Below, one piece after another: positions 20,385 through 30,499 of a DNA stretch of 64,000 nt (its first letter is position 1; each line of letters starts with the position of its first letter). The position numbers and the translations under genes were made by a program. The stretch comes from an uncultured Alphaproteobacteria bacterium. GTDB lineage: Bacteria > Pseudomonadota > Alphaproteobacteria > CAAGCB01 > CAG-977. Location: contig CALDOX010000014.1 in NCBI GenBank assembly GCA_937912005.1, positions 205,186 through 269,185 of the forward strand. Reading direction: 5' to 3'. The notes below the pieces were generated by a model. The model searched no databases. It was not told the origin of the DNA and saw only the letters and a program-made list of their open reading frames with translations.

Positions 20385-20870
20385 TCAGCTGTTCCTGACG
20401 GCTTCGATGAACGGCATAAATTCATCAAGAACCTGCCGGTAAACGTCCCGTTTAAAAGGGACGATCATTTCAACGATTTTTTCGGCCGGCATCCATTTCC
20501 ATTGGTTAAATTCGGGATCCGGTTTATCTAAGTTAATTTCATTTTCATTGCCGGTAAATTGAAAAAGGAACCATTTTTGCGTTTGACCGGCAAAAGCTTT
20601 TTTCTTTTCGCTGATAAAATGAACGCCGGCCGGAAAATCGTATGTGTACCATTTTGTGCTTTCAGCGATCAAAGTGACGGAAGAGATATTCGTTTCCTCA
20701 TATAATTCGCGCAAAGCGGCAGCATATTCATCTTCGCCTTTGTCGATGCCGCCCTGCGGCATTTGCCAGGCTTGCTTGCGGGAATCCGTTCTATGTGCCA
20801 TAAACACATCCCCGGCTGTGTTTAAAACCATTATTCCGACATTCGGGCGATACATTTTTTTAGCGTTCAT
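20385..20870 (-). CDS. rppH: RNA pyrophosphohydrolase (Nudix)
   Basis: Nudix box GGIDKGEDEYAAALRELYEETN; start overlaps the upstream gene stop (ATGA). Confidence 0.8.
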   Translation of the reverse strand: MNAKKMYRPNVGIMVLNTAGDVFMAHRTDSRKQAWQMPQGGIDKGEDEYAAALRELYEETNISSVTLIAESTKWYTYDFPAGVHFISEKKKAFAGQTQKWFLFQFTGNENEINLDKPDPEFNQWKWMPAEKIVEMIVPFKRDVYRQVLDEFMPFIEAVRNS

Positions 20871-22426
20871 TCTTTTTCCTTTTTTGACGAAGCGTAATAA
20901 GATAAAGGAACAAAGGATATTTCCGGAACCGGGTTTTGCTCTGTCGGGGCAAAAGCTTTCATCCATTCGATGACGGTTAAAAGCGTAATCGGAACGGCTT
21001 CAATTCTTAAAAAAGCGGAGCCTTTTTCCAAAGCGATTTTGCGCGTTTGTTCCAAACGGGCGCGAATGGCAGCCCGATGAAATTCGTCAGCGATATGAAC
21101 GTCGGGCCGCAAGGCTTTTTTAAAAATCGGCATACGCGGATTATCCGTGCCGTCTATATAAATCAGGCCTCTTTGAATTATTTCATCAAAAAAGGGTTTC
21201 ATCTGAGATCCCGAATATGAAAAATTTTCATTGGCGGCGGCGGTTAAGCCGATAAAAGCGACGTTTTGTCCCAAAACTTTGCGCAGCCGTTTCCTGTTTT
21301 CCTGTTCCGGCAGCCCCGATACCAAACCCAACGGTCCCGGATCCGTTTCCGGAAAAGCGCCTTGCTGCATCGGCAGATCAAGCAAAGTTTCATGACCTGC
21401 TTTGCGGGCATCGGCGATATAAGTTTTCAGTTTATCCGTATAAGGGCTGAAAGATAAGGAAATAACATCGGGTAAAGTGGCTATGGCCGCCTGGGTCGTG
21501 TTGTCCCGTTTGCCCAGACCGGAAAATAAAATGGCAATATAAGGCGAAGCCGGCGGGATGCTGTGTTGTTTGCCGTAGGCTGAAAAAGCGGTTCGGCCCT
21601 CACTTTCAATCGGAAGCATGCCATAACGCGTTTCTTCCAACAGTTCGGGCAAAGGTTCGATAATATGCAATGGAATGGCATTCTGCGAGATACTTTTTTT
21701 GATTAAAGAAAAGTCCGGCAGAGAGGCCATTAAATCGGTTTGAATTAAATCCGGCGGCGGCAGCTCCGATTTTAGAGATGACAAATGCAAAGAGGACTTT
21801 TCTTCCTTTTTGGGATAGACCTTTTGAGAAAGAGAAGATTTTTGGGAAGGTTCCGTACTTTTTTCTTCTTTCGGAAGGGCTGAATCTTTCGACGCAATAT
21901 TGTTTGCAGCGACAGCTTTTTTCTTTTCCTTTTCCAGCCGTTCTTTGTTCAAAGCTTCAATTTCTTCCAGCTTTTTTTGATCCGCCAGATCTTTTTCCTG
22001 CTGCAGTTTTTGCAGCTCCGGTGTTTCGGGTAAAACGGAAACATCTGTTAATTCCGGCGCCTCAGCGGAGTTTTTTACAATTTCTCTTAACAGTTCCGCC
22101 GTTTGTTCTATATTTTCCCGTTCTTTTTCCAGCTGTTTAATCAGGTGCGAATTTTCTTCGGCCGCAGACGCTTGTTCCGCGGGAACGGTTTGTTTTTCCG
22201 GCGGCTGAGGATTTATCAGCGTTTCATTCGGAAATGTTTGGTTTGCTCTGACCAGATAATAAGTCGTCTGAATGGTGGGATCTTTTATAAAGTCAATATA
22301 AAAGCCGCTGATCATACATAAAAAAGAAGCCGCCGCCAGAAACGCGACAATCCGAAACGTCCGCCGTTTGTCCGAAAGGGTTTCTTTTGTGGAAAAAGGA
22401 GAAGCTTTTTTGTTGAAAAGCGGCAT
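20867..22426 (-). CDS. divergent polysaccharide deacetylase family protein (YibQ-like)
   Basis: N-terminal TM, Pro/Lys/Glu-rich linker, C-terminal YibQ-like domain; conserved neighbourhood with ctpA and envC. Confidence 0.6.
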   Translation of the reverse strand: MPLFNKKASPFSTKETLSDKRRTFRIVAFLAAASFLCMISGFYIDFIKDPTIQTTYYLVRANQTFPNETLINPQPPEKQTVPAEQASAAEENSHLIKQLEKERENIEQTAELLREIVKNSAEAPELTDVSVLPETPELQKLQQEKDLADQKKLEEIEALNKERLEKEKKKAVAANNIASKDSALPKEEKSTEPSQKSSLSQKVYPKKEEKSSLHLSSLKSELPPPDLIQTDLMASLPDFSLIKKSISQNAIPLHIIEPLPELLEETRYGMLPIESEGRTAFSAYGKQHSIPPASPYIAILFSGLGKRDNTTQAAIATLPDVISLSFSPYTDKLKTYIADARKAGHETLLDLPMQQGAFPETDPGPLGLVSGLPEQENRKRLRKVLGQNVAFIGLTAAANENFSYSGSQMKPFFDEIIQRGLIYIDGTDNPRMPIFKKALRPDVHIADEFHRAAIRARLEQTRKIALEKGSAFLRIEAVPITLLTVIEWMKAFAPTEQNPVPEISFVPLSYYASSKKEKE

Positions 22427-22431
22427 TTTTT

Positions 22432-23811
22432 TTACCTTGATTGATAAATTCCCATTGCTTTGACGATATCAATGGCCCGATCCAGCTGATAATCTTCCTT
22501 TTTCTGTTCTTCTTTGGGCTTTTCATCGAACGGATCCGGTTCTTTTTCAGTTTTATTTTTAACTTTTTTATCCTTTTTAAGTTTTTTATCTTTTCCGGTT
22601 TTATTTTTGGAATTGTTCGTTTTATCTTCGTCCTGTTTTGCTAAAGCATTCGGAAGCGTAGCTTCGGCGAAGTCATCGGAACGCAAAGCGTAATATTCGA
22701 CATGACCGGGCGGGATTTCAATGTCCGGTTCTATACCTTTCGCTTGAATGGAACGACCGGAGGGCGTGTAATAACGGGCCGTTGTCAAACGAATTGCGCC
22801 GAATCCGGTGACGGGAATAACGGTTTGAACCGAGCCTTTGCCGAAAGAACGCATGCCGACAATAACCGCACGTTTATGATCCTGTAAAGCGCCGGAAACG
22901 ATTTCCGCGGCAGAGGCGGAACCTTCGTTAATCAAAACGACAATCGGTTTGTTTTTGGTAATGTCGCCTTTGGTCGCGTTATAACGCTGCATTTCTTCGG
23001 TGCGGCGGGGGCGGGTGGATACGATTTCTCCTTCGTTTAAAAACAAATCGGCGACGGAAACGGCCTGATCCAACAGCCCGCCCGGATTATTGCGCAAGTC
23101 AAGAACATAACCGGACAAGTCTTCGGGATTTTCTTTTTGAATTTTTTCAATCGCTTTTTTGACATCGTCCGTTGTCGTTTCGCTGAAAGAGGAAATCCGA
23201 ATATAGCCGACGGAGGGATCTTTTTCTTCCGTTTTGACGGAACGGATTTTAATGTTGTCGCGCATGATCGTAACGTCAAACGGTTCTTTGTTTTTCCTGC
23301 GAATTGTCAGTTTGACTTTTGTTTTAACGGGGCCGCGCATTTTTTCAACGGCTTGCGTCAGCGTTTCGCCTAAAACGGTTGTGCCGTCAATGTGCGTGAT
23401 ATAGTCGCCGGCCTGAATGCCCGCTTTAAACGCCGGCGTGTCGTCAATCGGAGAAATAACTTTGATCCAGCTGTTGTCCATCGTGACTTCTATGCCCAAC
23501 CCGCCGAATTCGCCTTTGGTTTGTTCGCGCATATCTTTAAAGGTATCGGCATCCAGATAGGAAGAATGCGGGTCTAAAGAAGAAAGCATTCCGTTGATTG
23601 CGTATTCGATCAATTTGTCTTCCGATACTTCTTCCACATAATCGGTCCTGGCGCGTTTCAGTGTTTCACTGAAAATATTCAGGTATTTATAAACGGAAGT
23701 CGTTTCTTCAGCTTTATTTTCCGTTTTTTTCGTTTTTTCTTTGGCAAAAGCTGTTCCGGAACAGAAAAAAGCCAATAACATCATTGAAACAGTCAAATTG
23801 AAACGTTTCAT
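22432..23811 (-). CDS. ctpA: carboxy-terminal processing protease (S41)
   Basis: Signal peptide, PDZ domain, S41 catalytic region, Lys-rich C-terminal tail. Confidence 0.85.
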   Translation of the reverse strand: MKRFNLTVSMMLLAFFCSGTAFAKEKTKKTENKAEETTSVYKYLNIFSETLKRARTDYVEEVSEDKLIEYAINGMLSSLDPHSSYLDADTFKDMREQTKGEFGGLGIEVTMDNSWIKVISPIDDTPAFKAGIQAGDYITHIDGTTVLGETLTQAVEKMRGPVKTKVKLTIRRKNKEPFDVTIMRDNIKIRSVKTEEKDPSVGYIRISSFSETTTDDVKKAIEKIQKENPEDLSGYVLDLRNNPGGLLDQAVSVADLFLNEGEIVSTRPRRTEEMQRYNATKGDITKNKPIVVLINEGSASAAEIVSGALQDHKRAVIVGMRSFGKGSVQTVIPVTGFGAIRLTTARYYTPSGRSIQAKGIEPDIEIPPGHVEYYALRSDDFAEATLPNALAKQDEDKTNNSKNKTGKDKKLKKDKKVKNKTEKEPDPFDEKPKEEQKKEDYQLDRAIDIVKAMGIYQSR

Positions 23812-23824
23812 ATTCTTTTCCTTT

Positions 23825-25000
23825 TTATCCTTTGTTGCCTTGAGCCAACCAACCGGCAGGATTGATCGGCTGTCCGTTCTTCCTTAACTCAATATACAAC
23901 GTTGGTTTTGTTTCCGCTACCATTATTCCGACGGGTTCGCCCGCTAATAAGGATTGACCGACGGAAGTATCCAATCTTCCGATACCGGCCAGCAATGTAT
24001 GATATCCGTCCCCGTGTTCGATAATCACCAGCTGACCGTAGCCGCGGAAAGGTCCCGCGAACAAAACCGTTCCGTCATAGGGTGAAATGACTTGCGCATT
24101 GGCGCGGGTGGCAATCATAATGCCTTTGGAAGTAATGCCGGTTTCCGTTAATTCACCGAATTTTTTTATGACATTTCCCTTGACGGGATAAGGAATGTGT
24201 CCTTTAGCCGACATAAAAGCGCCCGTAGGAATTTCCTGCTTTTTGCTGACGGCGGCGCGTTTGCGGCTGTCCGCCTCTAATTTTGCCAGCAATTCTTTCA
24301 AGTCGCCCGCTTGTTTCGCCAGATTTTCAGCGCGGTCTTTCGCGCGCGTGCTTTCGCTGGCAAAGGCGGTTTGCAGCTGTGATTTTTTTTCTATCAGCTT
24401 GTTCATGTCCCGCCGCTTATCATCCAGCCGTTTGGCCATTGTTTTGATTTGGGCGTATTGTGCGCGAATCGCGGTTGTCAGACTGGCAATGCGGTTCAAA
24501 TCTTTGCGCAGTCCTTCGGTCGAATATTCCAGACGGGGAACGGCTTCGCGCAGCAAAAGAGCGCTTCTCAGCGTGTCTTGCGGCGCCAAAGGCTGTGCCA
24601 GTAAAGCTTCCGTCGGTTTGAAGGCTAAAGACTGCAAAGCGGCCAAAACGTGCATGCGTTGGGCTTTGCGAATATCCAGCCGCTTTTTCATCACCCCTTG
24701 TTGCGCTTCAAATTCGGCCAACTTTTGTTCCAGCCGACTCAGACTTTCTTCCTGTTCCTGAATAGATCCCGCTGCCGCAACCATTTTCTTTCGCACGTCC
24801 AGAATTTCCTTTTGGACGCTTTGGGCTTTTTCGCGCAGTTTCTGATGTTCTTTTTTTGCCTGCTCGATCTGGCTGGTGACGCGGGACAGTTCGCTTTTTG
24901 CCGAATCGGGATTTTCCAATGCGGCAAACGAAAAGGACGCCGAACAAAGCCCCGTCAAAAAGACAAGGCAAAGCAGTCCGGTCGTCCTTTTCAAAGCCAT
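23825..25000 (-). CDS. murein hydrolase activator EnvC-like (coiled-coil plus M23/LytM domain)
   Basis: Signal peptide, long coiled coil, C-terminal M23 domain. Confidence 0.8.
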   Translation of the reverse strand: MALKRTTGLLCLVFLTGLCSASFSFAALENPDSAKSELSRVTSQIEQAKKEHQKLREKAQSVQKEILDVRKKMVAAAGSIQEQEESLSRLEQKLAEFEAQQGVMKKRLDIRKAQRMHVLAALQSLAFKPTEALLAQPLAPQDTLRSALLLREAVPRLEYSTEGLRKDLNRIASLTTAIRAQYAQIKTMAKRLDDKRRDMNKLIEKKSQLQTAFASESTRAKDRAENLAKQAGDLKELLAKLEADSRKRAAVSKKQEIPTGAFMSAKGHIPYPVKGNVIKKFGELTETGITSKGIMIATRANAQVISPYDGTVLFAGPFRGYGQLVIIEHGDGYHTLLAGIGRLDTSVGQSLLAGEPVGIMVAETKPTLYIELRKNGQPINPAGWLAQGNKG

Positions 25001-25003
25001 TCT

Positions 25004-26551
25004 TTACTTTACCAGCAGAGATTTACCCGTCATTTCCGCCGGCTGTTCAATGCCCAGCAGCTGCAGCAGCGTCGGCGCCAAATCCGCCAGACGTCCGCCT
25101 TCGCGCAGTTTGTAACCGTTCTGATCGTTGAACAAAACGACGGGGACTTCAAACGTCGTGTGCGCCGTGTAGGGGGCGCCAGTTTTTTCGTCCTTCATCA
25201 ATTCGCAGTTGCCGTGATCTGCCGTGATCAGCATCACGCCGCCGACTTTCTTCATCGCTTCCTCCAAACGGCCGAGGCACTTGTCCACCGCCTGTGTCGC
25301 TTTGATCGCGGCGTCCAGAATGCCGGTGTGGCCGACCATGTCGCCGTTTGCGAAGTTGACGACGATAACGTCGAATTTTTCCTTTTCGATCGCGTCAACC
25401 AGCGCGTCGCAGACTTCAAACGCGCTCATTTCCGGCTTCAGATCGTAAGTCGCGACTTTCGGGGACGGGATTAAAATCCGGTCTTCGCCCTTGAACAGGC
25501 GTTCTTCGCCGCCGTTGAAGAAGAAAGTAACGTGTGCGTATTTTTCCGTTTCGGCGATACGCAGCTGCGTCAAACCCGCTTTGGAAACGACTTCGCCGAA
25601 GATGTTGCTCAGCTGTTCGGGCGGGAAGATCGGTTTGACAAAGCGGTCGTGGTCAACCGAGTACTGCGTCATACCGACGACAGCGGCAAATTTGACCGTT
25701 TTCGCGCGGGCGAACTTGTCAAACGGCGTATCGGCCAGAGCGTACATAATCTCACGGGCGCGGTCGGAACGGAAGTTCGCGAACAAAATGGCGTCACCGT
25801 CGTTCATGCCTTTGTAGTCACCGATAACGGCGGGAACGACAAATTCATCATAAACTTTCTGATCGTAAGAGGCCTGAATCGCGGCTTCGGCGGTCGGCTG
25901 GGCGACGCCTTTGCCCGACATCAGCGCGTTGAAAGCCAGTTCGATACGATCCCAACGGTTGTCTCGATCCATCGCGTAATAGCGGCCGGAAACCGTGCCG
26001 ATATGAACATTGTTCATCGCTTTGATTTTGGATTCAAAGTCCCTGACGTAACCCAAAGCGGAATCGGGCGGCACGTCGCGGCCGTCCAGAAAAGCGTGAA
26101 CGGTGACGGGAATGCCGGCTTCGCTGACGATTTTCGCCAATCCGACGATGTGGTTCATATGAGAATGAACGCCGCCGGGGCTCATCAAGCCCATCAGGTG
26201 GCAGGTGCCTTTGGAATCCTTCAGGGCTTTGATTAAATTTTCAACTGCGGGACGGTGCGCCAGAGAGCCGTCTTCCACCGCTTGGTCGATTTTCGGCAGA
26301 TCCTGCATGACAACGCGGCCGGCGCCGATGTTCATATGGCCGACTTCGGAATTGCCCATCTGACCTTTCGGCAGACCGACATCCAGACCGGACGTGGCGA
26401 TCAGCGTGTTCGGATAATCAGCGACCAGCTTGTGCCAGTTCGGCGTTTCGCCCAATTCGATGGCGTTGTCGTTTTTGTTTTCGCGGTGTCCCCAACCGTC
26501 CAGAATGCACAGCATAACGGGACGCGGTCTTTTCGTTTCTTCCATAATCAT
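25004..26551 (-). CDS. gpmI: 2,3-bisphosphoglycerate-independent phosphoglycerate mutase
   Basis: Conserved iPGM metalloenzyme motifs over the full length; start MIMEETKRP. Confidence 0.9.
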   Translation of the reverse strand: MIMEETKRPRPVMLCILDGWGHRENKNDNAIELGETPNWHKLVADYPNTLIATSGLDVGLPKGQMGNSEVGHMNIGAGRVVMQDLPKIDQAVEDGSLAHRPAVENLIKALKDSKGTCHLMGLMSPGGVHSHMNHIVGLAKIVSEAGIPVTVHAFLDGRDVPPDSALGYVRDFESKIKAMNNVHIGTVSGRYYAMDRDNRWDRIELAFNALMSGKGVAQPTAEAAIQASYDQKVYDEFVVPAVIGDYKGMNDGDAILFANFRSDRAREIMYALADTPFDKFARAKTVKFAAVVGMTQYSVDHDRFVKPIFPPEQLSNIFGEVVSKAGLTQLRIAETEKYAHVTFFFNGGEERLFKGEDRILIPSPKVATYDLKPEMSAFEVCDALVDAIEKEKFDVIVVNFANGDMVGHTGILDAAIKATQAVDKCLGRLEEAMKKVGGVMLITADHGNCELMKDEKTGAPYTAHTTFEVPVVLFNDQNGYKLREGGRLADLAPTLLQLLGIEQPAEMTGKSLLVK

Positions 26552-26675
26552 TGCCTTTCTTTCAAACATCAAAATTTTGCGGTTACTATAATACAAAACT
26601 TTGCGTTTGACACTCTGAAAAATGGGAGAGGACGATTTTATTTGAGAATAATCGTCTTTAAATTTTTGCTGTTTT

Positions 26676-28217
26676 CTAGAAAGACAAAAAGCCGAAAACG
26701 GAATAAACCAAAAAAGACAACAGGGAGAAAAAAACAACCGAACAGGTAAGGAATTTTCTTATAAGTCCGTTTCGTTCATCCGCGGTCAGGTTGTTCTGGA
26801 CATACTGAATCACAAGCAGGCAGCAACAGGGGAAAACAAGAACGATGTACCGGAACGAACAGGCGCTCCAGATCGGATTCCTGATGCAAAAATAAATAAG
26901 AGCCGCCAAGCTTGCGGTGATGACGGACCGACAACATAAGACCATATCGTTTTTTTTGTCAACTTTGAAGAAGACAAAACAAAAGAAAACAAACAAAATC
27001 TGCGCCGTAGCAAAAAGCAAAACGCATAAATCAAAACCGATTGTGGATTTGATGGAGGCGCCCAATTTGAATAAAGGAATTTCTGAAAATAAAGAATCTT
27101 TTATCAACGCGATCCAAAAATTATATTCGGGAAGAATTTCCGGATATAAAGAACCTCTGAGAATAAACGGCATGGAAACAGGATAGAAAATAAGCCCGAA
27201 CCTTTCCGGCAACGAATGGAATCCGACATACTGGGGTCTGTTGGCGAAAGTCGTATCCGCGATGTGCAGAAACGGATCATATCCCGATAGCCAGAACGGC
27301 ATTGTGTCAAGCATTGCAAGGCGCCGATAGTGGTTTGCGAACATATTCAATTCATTCCACCGTATCATGATATAAAGCGGCCAGATTGAAAAAAGCGTCA
27401 AATAAACACACGAAAAAAGGACAATGTCTTTTAAAGCATCTTCTTGTTTTATCCGTTCCGTTGAAACGGAAGCGTTATAAAATAAAAGCATTCCGATGAA
27501 AAGCATAATGGAGCTTACTTTTGTCATACCGGCAAAACCTAAAAATACGGCGGACAGAATAAGATCGGATTTTTTTTTGCTTTGCAGATAACGCATAAAG
27601 TAAAAAAAGGATAAAAGTGATAGAAAAATGCTTAGAGGATCGTTGTTTAACGCTCCTGACAAATAAATAAAAGCCGGGAAAAAACTGCAAAATAAGGCGG
27701 CAAGAATGCGAACATTATCGACTTTTATCCATGGACGAAGACACAGATAAGAAACGATGCAGCTGCCGCCGGCATATAAAAAGCTCAGATATTGTAAATT
27801 TTCATATCCGGAGAATACGGACAAAAAAATCGCAGAAATTAAATGATGAAGCGGAGGGTGATAAATCGGCAGATTCGGGTTTTGATGAAAAAACGGAAAC
27901 GTATGATGTGTCAGAATATAATAAATATATTCAAAATGTCCTCTTTCCCCGTCATTGGCAAAATTACCGGTATCATGCTGTCGGATCCAATAGGGGGTGT
28001 AGGCGATATAAAACAGTTTGAGGGCTAATCCCAATAAAAAGATCAGGTAAATAACAACGGCGGTATCGCGGCGACGGTAAAAAACATATCCCGATATCGT
28101 ATATAAAAGTGATACGCCTAAAAATACGTTTTGCGCGTTTTTGGGAGAGAAATGATTCGTGAACGCCATAAAAATCAACGGAATGCAAAGCAAGAAAAAT
28201 AAAGAAGAACGTTTCAT
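26676..28217 (-). CDS. GT-C-fold membrane glycosyltransferase (family 39/83-like)
   Basis: About 12 TM helices; ArnT/PMT-like topology; region strongly AT-rich. Confidence 0.45.
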   Translation of the reverse strand: MKRSSLFFLLCIPLIFMAFTNHFSPKNAQNVFLGVSLLYTISGYVFYRRRDTAVVIYLIFLLGLALKLFYIAYTPYWIRQHDTGNFANDGERGHFEYIYYILTHHTFPFFHQNPNLPIYHPPLHHLISAIFLSVFSGYENLQYLSFLYAGGSCIVSYLCLRPWIKVDNVRILAALFCSFFPAFIYLSGALNNDPLSIFLSLLSFFYFMRYLQSKKKSDLILSAVFLGFAGMTKVSSIMLFIGMLLFYNASVSTERIKQEDALKDIVLFSCVYLTLFSIWPLYIMIRWNELNMFANHYRRLAMLDTMPFWLSGYDPFLHIADTTFANRPQYVGFHSLPERFGLIFYPVSMPFILRGSLYPEILPEYNFWIALIKDSLFSEIPLFKLGASIKSTIGFDLCVLLFATAQILFVFFCFVFFKVDKKNDMVLCCRSVITASLAALIYFCIRNPIWSACSFRYIVLVFPCCCLLVIQYVQNNLTADERNGLIRKFLTCSVVFFSLLSFLVYSVFGFLSF

Positions 28218-28227
28218 TAAAAATTTC

Positions 28228-28752
28228 CTATTCTGTCGCCCGTTCCCAAACGACGTCTATTTTAACCAAACCGGCTTTTTTTAACGGTAGGGTGTGACTG
28301 AACGAATTATCATACCATACGGTTTTAGGCGTATCCAATGTTTCGGAATCGTCTATTTTTAAAGAGGTATAAGTTACTTTCGGATTTAATTTTCGTCCCA
28401 TTGAATCTTCTGTGTCCGAACCGCTCAGATGAATGACGATTTCACATGGTTCAAAAACATGAAGATCAAAATGAGCGGTTTTTTTATCGGATTCAAATAT
28501 GGTTCCGTATTTTGTTTTAGCTTTTTCTCTGGGCAGCCAGAACAACGGTTCCTCTTTAGGGACATAAGCGCCGCGATTATGAACTAAATATATCTTAAAA
28601 GCGTTTTCGTTTTTTTTATCGGATTCAAGAAAAATTCTTGCCCACGGGCGGCAGCGATCATGATAAACGGCATGCCCGATCATAAATAGGGACAATACAA
28701 TAAAAACCGTTGCCCATACAGGCAGCTTTGATAAAAGTTTTGATCCGAACAT
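28228..28752 (-). CDS. membrane-anchored hypothetical protein
   Basis: N-terminal TM helix; co-oriented with the GT-C gene in the AT-rich islet. Confidence 0.3.
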   Translation of the reverse strand: MFGSKLLSKLPVWATVFIVLSLFMIGHAVYHDRCRPWARIFLESDKKNENAFKIYLVHNRGAYVPKEEPLFWLPREKAKTKYGTIFESDKKTAHFDLHVFEPCEIVIHLSGSDTEDSMGRKLNPKVTYTSLKIDDSETLDTPKTVWYDNSFSHTLPLKKAGLVKIDVVWERATE

Positions 28753-28845
28753 CGCGCAATCCTCTGAATGCGAACAGGATAAGCCGAAAAAAGTTTACAG
28801 GAGAGCGAAAAAGAACGCAATCTTTTGATAGCTCTTCTGTTTGTT

Positions 28846-29304
28846 TTACGCCCGATGATACGGATGCCCGTCAAGAATGGTTCGTGCGCGGTAGATTTGT
28901 TCCGCCAGCATCACGCGCGCCAGAAAATGCGGCCACGTCATTTCCCCGAACGCCATTAAATAATCCGCCCGTTTGCGCAATTCGTCCGTGTGGCCGTCCG
29001 CGCCGCCGATCATAAAAACGATCGCCGATGTCCCTTCGTCCTGCCAGCCGCCCAGTTTCTTCGCAAACGCTTCCGATCCTGTCTGTCTGCCCCGTTCGTC
29101 CAGAACAACGACTTTCGCGCCGTCCGGCACGGCGGACAGCAACATTTCGGATTCCCGTTTTTTGCGTTCGGCGGAGGAGCCGGATTTCTTGTCTTCAAAT
29201 TCGCGGATAACGACATTCCAGCGCGTCTGCTTGACATAACGCGCCAGAAGGTCTGCTTCGGCTCCCGCCTTTAAATGCCCGATGCAGGCGATGACGATGT
29301 CCAT
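28846..29304 (-). CDS. rlmH: 23S rRNA (pseudouridine1915-N3)-methyltransferase
   Basis: SPOUT fold, MDIVIACIGHLK start, conserved position after rsfS. Confidence 0.8.
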   Translation of the reverse strand: MDIVIACIGHLKAGAEADLLARYVKQTRWNVVIREFEDKKSGSSAERKKRESEMLLSAVPDGAKVVVLDERGRQTGSEAFAKKLGGWQDEGTSAIVFMIGGADGHTDELRKRADYLMAFGEMTWPHFLARVMLAEQIYRARTILDGHPYHRA

Positions 29305-29897
29305 TATTTTGTCGCACGGCGCGGGGTTTCTTCGCCCCACAGTTCTTCGATGCAGTACAGTTCGCGCGTTTCGGGGTGGAAAACGTGAACGATTACATCC
29401 GCAGCATCGACAATCACCCAATCGCCGACGTCTTCGCCTTCAAGCGAAGCGGGAACGCCCGTCTTTTTCAAACGCAGCTGCACCTGTTCCGCCAAAGCAG
29501 AAACGTGGCGCGGCGCGCGGCCGCTGGCGATGACCAGATAATCGGCAAGGGCCGCCTTGCCGGTCAGGTTGATGACGACAACGTCTTCTGCTTTGCCGTT
29601 TTCAAGCGTTTTGACGATCAGATCGACAAGCTTTTTCGTTTCGGCATTTTCTTTTGTTTTTGTGGCCTTTTTCAAAAGCTTTTCGTTTTTCGCCTGTGCC
29701 TTTAAGATCTTTTTGACCGTCTTTTTAACGGTTTTCTTGATTTCCTTTTTGGTCGCCTTTTCCGTTTTATCAGCTTTCACCGCCTTTTTCGCAGCGGGTT
29801 TGACGGCTTTTTCCGCCGTCTTTTTCACCGTCGTTTTCGCGGAAGCCTTTTTTACGGCTTTTTTTTCTGTTGTTTTTTCTGTTTTCTTTACGGGCAT
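29304..29897 (-). CDS. rsfS: ribosomal silencing factor RsfS with ~85-aa lysine-rich N-terminal extension
   Basis: C-terminal Iojap/RsfS core (KLVDLIVKTLENGKAEDVVVINL...); N-terminus KKTxKK repeats. Confidence 0.7.
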   Translation of the reverse strand: MPVKKTEKTTEKKAVKKASAKTTVKKTAEKAVKPAAKKAVKADKTEKATKKEIKKTVKKTVKKILKAQAKNEKLLKKATKTKENAETKKLVDLIVKTLENGKAEDVVVINLTGKAALADYLVIASGRAPRHVSALAEQVQLRLKKTGVPASLEGEDVGDWVIVDAADVIVHVFHPETRELYCIEELWGEETPRRATK

Positions 29898-30499
29898 TCT
29901 TCTTCTCCTGTTTGAAATAAACCTTTGTTACGGATTTCCGTCGATGATGCCGGATGTTTGCGTATCGGCAAAAACACCCATGCAGGCGGTTTGCAGAAAG
30001 CTAAATCGAAAGCGTCTTTCGGGTCTTTGCGATACAATTGGTAAAGCCTTGCGGTTTTGCCATGAAGAGCTTTTAAAGCGTAATGTTTTCGCGCGAATAC
30101 AGCTATCGGGACGGAGTGCATAATTGACCGCCAGCGGTACCATTGATGGAATTGCAATAAATTATCCGCCCCCATCAGCCAGACAAAATTGATGTCCGGA
30201 TATAATTCTTTCAGCTTTGTCAGTGTGTCTATCGTGTAATGCGTGCCGATTTTATATTCCAGATCGGAAACTATGATATGAGGGTGGTTTGCGACCTCCT
30301 GTGCCGTTTCAAGCCGCCGTTCGTAAGACGCCATATCTTTGGATTGTTTTAACGGATTCAAAGGCGATACCAGCCACCAGATTTCATCCAACCCGAGCAG
30401 TTTCAACGCTTGCAAGCTGATGTATCTGTGACCGTTGTGGGCGGGATTGAAAGATCCGCCGAGCAGTCCGACTGTTTTACGGACGAATCTGACCTGCAC
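29888..30499 (-). CDS. nadD: nicotinate-nucleotide adenylyltransferase
   Basis: [15 protein letters not shown]-type motif. Confidence 0.8.
   Translation of the reverse strand: MQVRFVRKTVGLLGGSFNPAHNGHRYISLQALKLLGLDEIWWLVSPLNPLKQSKDMASYERRLETAQEVANHPHIIVSDLEYKIGTHYTIDTLTKLKELYPDINFVWLMGADNLLQFHQWYRWRSIMHSVPIAVFARKHYALKALHGKTARLYQLYRKDPKDAFDLAFCKPPAWVFLPIRKHPASSTEIRNKGLFQTGEEECP

Noticed and set aside
24195-25474. Antisense ORFs inside envC, gpmI, ftsK, proA/proB and elsewhere (e.g. 24195-24761, 24650-25474, 25532-26236, 30528-30923)
   Set aside because: They are fully embedded opposite strongly supported conserved genes and have low-complexity Arg/Ala-rich translations typical of GC-rich antisense frames.
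29304-29897. Treating the K-rich N-terminus of rsfS as a mis-annotated separate histone-like gene
   Set aside because: It is in the same frame without a stop and the start overlaps the nadD stop, so a single fused ORF is the simpler model.
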